A DNA stretch of 64,000 bases from the human T2T-CHM13v2.0 reference genome, Homo sapiens. Positions within the stretch are counted from its first letter, which is position 1, and each line of letters opens with the position of its first letter. A program made the translations under genes and the position numbers. Below the pieces are notes generated by a model. That model saw nothing but the letters and a program-made list of their open reading frames with translations, had not been told where the DNA came from and made no database searches. The DNA is taken from the NCBI RefSeq assembly GCF_009914755.1, contig NC_060929.1. One strand, given 5' to 3'. This document shows, in pieces, positions 55,785 through 64,000 of this stretch.

Positions 55785-55898
55785 TATGCACACACACACA
55801 CACACGCGCACACACACACGCGTGCGCACAGTCATACGTGCACACACGCGTGCACACACATGCACACGCACACATGCTGACACACATGCACATGCACA
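55785..55898. repeat. Alternating purine-pyrimidine (CA/CG/TG) low-complexity repeat
   Basis: Direct reading. Confidence 0.9.
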
Positions 55899-56483
55899 GA
55901 GGTTCTTACTGTAACTAGGAGGGGGCTTTAGCAAATGAGCATGGTGCTGTCCTCCTTTTGAAACTGTGCCTAAGAGTGGTACATAGCAACCTTTTTGTTA
56001 TAATCAGTCAGGTAAAATGTTTGCTGGGTCCCATTTTCTCTTGGGGTTGATCCATTGGGAAATGCCTGCTGACGTATGAAATCTTAAAAGTTTTTTGCCT
56101 AATAAAGTCTATCACCTTGTCTTTGAACTTAAGCTCCTCTGAGCTGGACACTAGTAAATTTACTTTCATAATATGAGTCTAGTTTGCATAAAGAAATAAG
56201 AAAGAGTAGGTAGTGAAAAACATAAAGTCCAGCATTTTGTTAGGTTACACAATTGTCGGGTGACTTGGGGATCATCAATCCACAAAGAACATGAGCAAGT
56301 CAGACAACCACTCAGCCAGTAGCTGGTCTTAGAGCAGAGCTAAAACAATTGGCACCCGAAGCATAAATATATGGGAGACTGACACAACAGTTCTCGTTTT
56401 AGAGTTTGCTTTCACTAGACTTACTTTATTTAGTTTTATGTGAAATTGAATTTTTATTATAAAAGGTAATACGTGTTCTTTAA

Positions 56484-56972
<489 letters not shown>

Positions 56973-57836
56973 TAAAAACAAAATGATGCCATGCTTGTTG
57001 CCCTGTAGATTTTTCTTTTAATTTACAATAACATGAAGATTTTTTTCAGTTCAACTCTACATCACTCTTTTTAATGCCTGTATAAATTCCACATAATGGC
57101 CAGATCATAATGTCATAAGGCATTTAATTTTTCTAGATTTTTGCTACTCAAAACCAAAAATAGCACTTGTTCACAATTATAAATTTAGCACCTGAGCTTT
57201 ATAAAACCTGGTCTAGGTGTATTACAAAAAGGACGTTTGGAAGACTATTATGAACTTTATGTGACTCCCTCCACAATAATCACATTCCTTTACTGGAACT
57301 CACTCAGTTCTAGTATTCAACGTTGAATTGTGGCTCTATTTGTAGATGAATGGTGAAAAACAGACATTCACAAGAAAAACAGAAAAATGTTAGAAAGATA
57401 TGTCTTCATTTACTTATCCAGAATAATTTCATGGGAGCTTCATTTCATCCAAAGACTTCTCCATTCAATCACAGATTGAAATGTATGTATGAAAGAAGAA
57501 GTCTCAAAGACAATTCAAATACTTGCTTAGACCTGTGATATTTTAATATAATCTGGTTGAACATTGGGTAGAAAGCAGTCTAACTTTTTTCTAGGTTGTT
57601 ACATGTTACCTGAGGGTAGACATATTAACTTTGTACCAGTGGAGCTTATTTCATTTTAAGAAAAACAAATTGCTTATCAAGTAATGAATCCAAGACAGCC
57701 AAAAATCAAGGCAGCCATTCATGTATTTAAAAAATCTCAGTTACAAAACCATCTGGCTATAAACTTCAGGAAACCTTCCTTATGAAATTATTGATACTAT
57801 TTTATCCCTTAAATCAGCCTTTCAAGACGTAATTCC

Positions 57837-58006
57837 AGTCTGGGTTCAGTGGCTAATGCCTGTAATCCCAACACTTTTGGAGGCTGAGGCAGGAGGATTG
57901 CTTGAGCCCAGGAGTTTGAGATTACAGTGAGCTATAATCAGTCACATCACTGTACTCCAGCCTGGGTTACAGAGCAATACACTGTCTCAAAGAAAAAAAA
58001 GAAAGA
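57837..58006 (+). mobile_element. Alu monomer (FAM-like)
   Basis: Left-arm start runs directly into a right-arm-like end, with an A-rich tail. Confidence 0.78.
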
Positions 58007-58735
58007 ACTGCATTCCTAAATCAGGTTTATTCCATTCTCTATGGCTAATAGAATTCATCAGCCAGACACAGCACACATTTCTTCCCAACTGCTGTAGCTT
58101 TCCAGATCACCTTCCTCTTGGTCCTCCTCAAGCCTATGATCAATTTTTCAGAAATCTTGGAGTCTGGAAGTCCTAGCCTTCCTTTCACACTTTTCACAGT
58201 AGTATGCTAGCTTAGAGCCCAACCAGATATCTGGTAAGTCGGTTCTAGGACATAGGTGGGTGGTCCATATACTTGGGATCAGTAGCTGGGATAGGCAGTG
58301 CTAGATTTTTCCTGGGGATGCTTATAGGATGGGGAGGAAGCCTTGTACAGGTTAAACAAATAAAATTAGGATCATTCAGGTACTTTCTTTGCATAGATTT
58401 GGAATGATAGGGCCAAGGGGCTATGGAATGAGACCATTTTTGCTGACAGAGATGTGCATTTTAAAATAGATTCTTGGGTTGTGAGTTAAAGAAACCAACA
58501 CCATCTAGTTTAAGCTAAAAAGGATGATTTATTATAAGGACACAAATTTGTTTCATTGAAACTAAGAATGGGAGTAAGTTTAGGCCTCTGGAACCAGTAA
58601 CTTGGAAGCCAGAAAAATTCCTTTTTAAATTTATCTTCTCTAATTATCTCTCTTAATCTGTTTCATTCTTCCTGTCTCTACAGATCAGCTCCCTCTCCTT
58701 CTCTTTGCCACAGCTTCTAAATTTATACACACTAG

Positions 58736-59085
<350 letters not shown>

Positions 59086-60219
59086 ACATACTTTCTGTTT
59101 CTAATTCCTAGTTCTAACTTCTTCCTGGAAAGAAAAACTAATTGGATCACCTTGAGTCAGGTAGCCCATCAGCCATGGGCCAGAGGACTGTGGGTAGGAA
59201 GGAGAATTCTCAGAAAAAAGGAGATCGGATACTTAGAGACAACTTTAATAGCTTGCTGATAGCTGATATTCCCCAGATACTGTTAGTATATTAAACATCA
59301 GTGTATAGAATCTTAGAAACTTAGGGCCCCAAGGAAACTTATTTAACAAATGAGAAAATTGAGGCTCACAGAAAGGGGAATGACTCATTCAATGTTACAC
59401 AGCTAGTCAATGACAAGGCAGCTATTCTCCTGTTACCACTCTACTGCACAGCTAGAGGCCACCAGGAGTGAATGACAATACTCATTTCATTATATGTTTG
59501 AGAGCCAAAAGTAGTACAATTTAGGGAGGTCATGTTAATTTTATATAGAGAGTAGTATTTCATTGTTATATATGTTTTATTAATCTTTTTATTCAAGATG
59601 AAATATCAATATTGATTTCCCTTTATTGATTCTAAAAGTAAAACAAGCTTTTATTTTTTTAAAAAATAAAATATACAGATGTCCAGAATTTGGAAAGTAG
59701 CAAGTGAAGTATCTCCTGAGAGGCACCATTAAGAGTTTGGCATCTATTTCTCCATTCCTTTTTTCATGCATTTGTAACTGGGTGCTTGAAAGGACTCAAT
59801 AAATAGCAGCCTTCTCTCTTGTCCAGGGTACTGAATTAATTGATAAATAAGACAAAAGAATGGCATCATAAGGCAAAAATATTCCTTTTATTAATAATAA
59901 AGATGTTAGAGAATGTAGATTAGTGTGAGTGCCAAATGGGACTGCTAGATGAACCCCAGAATTAGTCAAATTTTTAATCCCAGTGTCTGGCAAGAAAGAC
60001 AGTGTTGAACAGAAAAGAACTATTATTCCCAGCAGAAAGCTTAACTCCAGGAGGAAAAGAGGCAGTGCTGAGCCAAGTATTAACCATTTATTCTTACCCA
60101 AGTTGCCAATCAAATACGTCCCTAAAACCTCCTGAAGCAGAGTGAATAAAGGGGTATGGAAAAGTTAAGAGTGTGACTCCAAGTTCCCTTTGCGTACAAG
60201 AGAGCATCAAGAGGGAGAA

Positions 60220-60710
60220 GATGCATTTTTCTGTAAATATGTATATAGTTTTTAAAGGATCATACTGGTCTTAGTTTCTGTAACTTGCTTTTTTTCCACA
60301 TAAATATAAATCCTTTTAATTATTTATATTAGTATTTCATGATATAGCTATAGTATAATTTATTTAACTAGTTCTCCATTAATAGACAATAAAGGTTTTT
60401 TCAAATTTTTACTACCATGAATAGTCTTTTACCACATTTGGCATGTAAGTCCAGTTATTACCTCAGGATAATTTTCAAAAAGTAGAATTACTAAGTATCA
60501 AATATATACATTAAACTTCTTATATATATATTTCAAAATTGGCCTCTGGTAATGCAGTATACTCTTGCCAAAAGTTTATGAGAATTTCTTCTACACCTTG
60601 CCCAACACTGGATCTTAAGAGTCTTTCTCATCTTTGAAAACATGATAATCAAAGGATTATGATTTAATTTGCATTTCTTTACCATAAAAATGCACCTTTT
60701 TTCCATCTCT
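60220..60710 (-). mobile_element. Old L1 (L1ME-like) fragment
   Basis: AT-rich L1 3'-region-like sequence (tagtataatttatttaac...agtagaatt.cta.gt...gatttaatttgcatttcttt). Confidence 0.55.
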
Positions 60711-61787
60711 TCCATCAAAAGATTATGATTTGACTGATCTGACTTATGGTGTCAACTATTTACCAGAATACAAGGTGCCTTTAAGTATCTGAGTAGCAAA
60801 TTTGGCTTTAAAACAGTGTGAAAAATTGAGTGTTATTTGGCCCAGTGGATATATTAGATATATTACAATGTGTGATCTCAGAATCAATGTTCAGTCCATA
60901 TATTCATGCAATGGATAATTACTGTAATAAATGCAGACTTGACATTTCAGTAGAAGGAACATAGTGCATTAGGCCTGTGTCCCAGAGGGCTTGTTGGATC
61001 AGGAGCTTAGAAACTATCAAATACAGTAGGCCAAATGCCTTGGCTCTAGAGCTCCCCCCTTCAGTCCTCATAATGGCCAAATAGAAGGGTGCAAGATTTT
61101 GCCATCCATACTTTTTGGAAAAGGAGCCAACATATCATTGTTTTTAGTTTCCTGGGTACCTTAATAGAAGTATGATTAACTCCCCATATAGCAGACCTCA
61201 AGCCTGCTTTACGGAGTCTTAGATCTATTGAAAGATTTGGTAATGCATGTTAATAATACCAACAAAGTAAATTTTGACACTAATGTCTAACTGTATACAG
61301 AAAAGATAATTGAGTTGAAATAATTAGTATCTATAAAGAGCTTAGATCAGGGTCAGGCTCAGGGGAAGCACTAAATAAATATAAGCCATTTTTTAAAAGT
61401 TGACAATATGGCACCTGAGCCCATTTTGAGTGATTGAGGATCATTTTCTGTTTCTTTCTCTTTCTTCTCTTTCCTTCTCCTCCCAGTTCCCCAATTCATC
61501 CTCTTTCCTATACTCTTTCTCTTCCCCATTGATTCTTTCTACCCACCTCACCATTTTTTTCTCTCTTTATGATTCTTTTTCTTTACCTTCTTCCCATACT
61601 ATCCTTATTAAATGTCTTTGTAATCTACTCATCTCCAGTGAGAGTCAGGTTATGGTTGAAATTCTCAATAACAACTAAGAAAATCAACAATTAAAAAAAT
61701 TAAAATTGACTTAATGTTTAATTAGGTAACAATTTAATTTTTCCAATTCAAGGCATTTCATATGGGCCATATGAAAACACAAGTTTA

Positions 61788-62215
<428 letters not shown>

Positions 62216-62429
62216 ACCACGTGCATCTTAGGCTACTGATCAGAGAAAGGAAAAGTGTCTACAGAAACTTGATTGCTTGCAGAAATGACTGTTCCCTTCT
62301 AATTAAGAAAATAAAAATCACATAATTTTTATTTCTTTTTCACTTCTTTCCCTCTTTGCTTGTCTATGGAGTCAGTGAGAACACAGAGGGCTAAAAGGAG
62401 AAAACTTAGAAATGCAGGTAGGTTGAAGG

Positions 62430-62925
62430 CAGACAAAAGAGTTTTTACCCATACTATACAAAACCCAAAAATATCAGTTGGATTAAATAAGTAAATATAA
62501 ATTAAACCATAAAGAACTAGAGTAAAACAAAAGTGCATGTCCATTATGGGGAGAAGGATTTTCTAAGCTTAAAGGCAATAAATTAAAGCACAAATAATGG
62601 AATAGATTTGATTACATAAATTTATTTTATATCCCCAAATTAAAAGGCAAAACATTGCCAAAAATATTAACAGAAAGTACAATAAAAGATTATTTGAATT
62701 ACATAAAGAAATCATACAAATAGATAAGAAAAATACTCAAGCTCCAAGACATATGAACAGATGATTCACCAACCAATTTTTAAATGTTGAGGAAAATGTT
62801 CAACTTCATTAGTAATCAGAAGTAGAAACTTGAAACAATTAGATACCATTTGTTACTTATTACATTATTAAGAAGTTTGAAAAATTCCAATTTTTAGTTC
62901 TTATAAAGATGTGCAGTAACACTTT
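62430..62925 (+). mobile_element. Old L1 (L1ME-like) ORF2-end fragment
   Basis: atatgaacaga.gattcac...aaaatgttcaac.tca.tagtaatcaga...aaacaat.agataccattt. Confidence 0.6.
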
Positions 62926-63637
62926 CTCTCCACTCCTTTTTCCATTCTTGGGGAGCTCTGATGACTTGATGTTTCTAGCCTTTCTATACCGGATCCCTCT
63001 TTTTTCGGGGAAAATATTTACCCGGTAAATGAACTGAAAGGGTACACCGGGCATGCATAAATCATTCCTGTTCTCTTTTCTTCTTCTTGGATCAAACTCT
63101 TCACCCGGAGCCCCTGCTCTACTCCTGCTGGTGTGACAGGGAGGCCTGCCCTGGGTTTAATTCTGCAGGTCTGTAGAAGATGCATATTTGCCTGGAGATA
63201 CAAATATATTTCTAATATGAGATTTATTAGTGATAAATAGGATATTTTGGTCTCCATTTGCCTTCTTCTATGTTTCATACCTCTATTGCTTTAAATATTG
63301 GCTTCAAAGAGGAATATTATTTATTAATGACCATCAAAATTCAACACTGTGCCATTGTGTACCCGAAGCGTTAAAGATGTTTAAAGTGTTTTCTCCATTC
63401 CTGGAAATTACATTTAGACAAAGCCATATGCACTAATATCTTCATTATATTTTTATTAGTAATGATATAATAATGGTTATGAACCTATGCTCCATGTACT
63501 AATGAAGTTGTCCTTAAAAGGCAAAAATCAAAATGTAAAAGAATATACATACTTCAATTATTCAACCAATATTTTTTAGCAACTATTATGAACCAAGTAC
63601 TTTGCTATATAAAGTAAAATACAAAGAAAAAAGACTG

Positions 63638-63958
63638 GGCCAGACATAGTGGCTCATGCTTGTTATCCCAGCACTTTGGGAGGCCAAGTCAGGAGGATTG
63701 CTTGAGAAGTTTGAGACCAACCTGGGCAACATAGTGAGACCCCATTTCTAAAAAAAATTTTTTTTAATTAGCTGGGCATGGTGGTGTATCCCTGTAGTCT
63801 CAGCTACTTGGAAGGTTGAGAAGGGAGGATCCCTTGAGCCCAGGAATTCAAGGTTGTATTGAGCTATGATTGCACAATCCCACTCCAGCCTGGTTGACAG
63901 AGTGAGACCCTGTCTGAAGGAAAAAAAAAAAAAAAAGAAGAAGAAAGGAAAAGAAAAT
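63638..63958 (+). mobile_element. AluJo-like
   Basis: J-type Alu with long A-rich tail; TSD aagaaaaaa(a)gact. Confidence 0.9.
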
Positions 63959-64000
63959 AAAGAAAAAAAGACTAGAAGGAAATATATCAAAATTCTTAAT

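Overview
Mammalian (human-type, Alu-rich) genomic DNA covering the 3' end of the clustered protocadherin-alpha locus on the + strand. It holds the large variable exon of PCDHAC2 (ATG 8060 to splice donor 10624/10625) with its CpG-island promoter. It also holds the three constant exons shared by all PCDHA genes (20241-20299, 23767-23855, 50914 to about 53630). Spliced, these give a 1007-aa A-type protein; a B-type C-terminus arises from an internal intron in the last exon (51016-51452). A CpG/GC-rich intronic block at about 42.9-43.7 kb lies where the HS7 enhancer is expected. The rest is intron and flank with about 27 Alus, MIR/L2/L1 fragments, DNA-transposon fossils (Tigger3a/MER7, MER44, MER5A, MER20, MER45A, MER94), LTRs (MLT1, MER34-like) and microsatellites. 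Repeat names come from recalled consensus sequences, and old-repeat boundaries are approximate. I found no convincing wholly new gene system. The leads worth most attention are: (1) a ~95%-identical, ~230-bp non-transposon inverted duplication at 1520-2584 with template-switch scars; (2) a strong-Kozak uORF plus a canonical G-quadruplex upstream of the PCDHAC2 ATG; (3) twin same-phase acceptors in the last constant exon that allow a third in-frame C-terminus; (4) several small rearrangement fossils.
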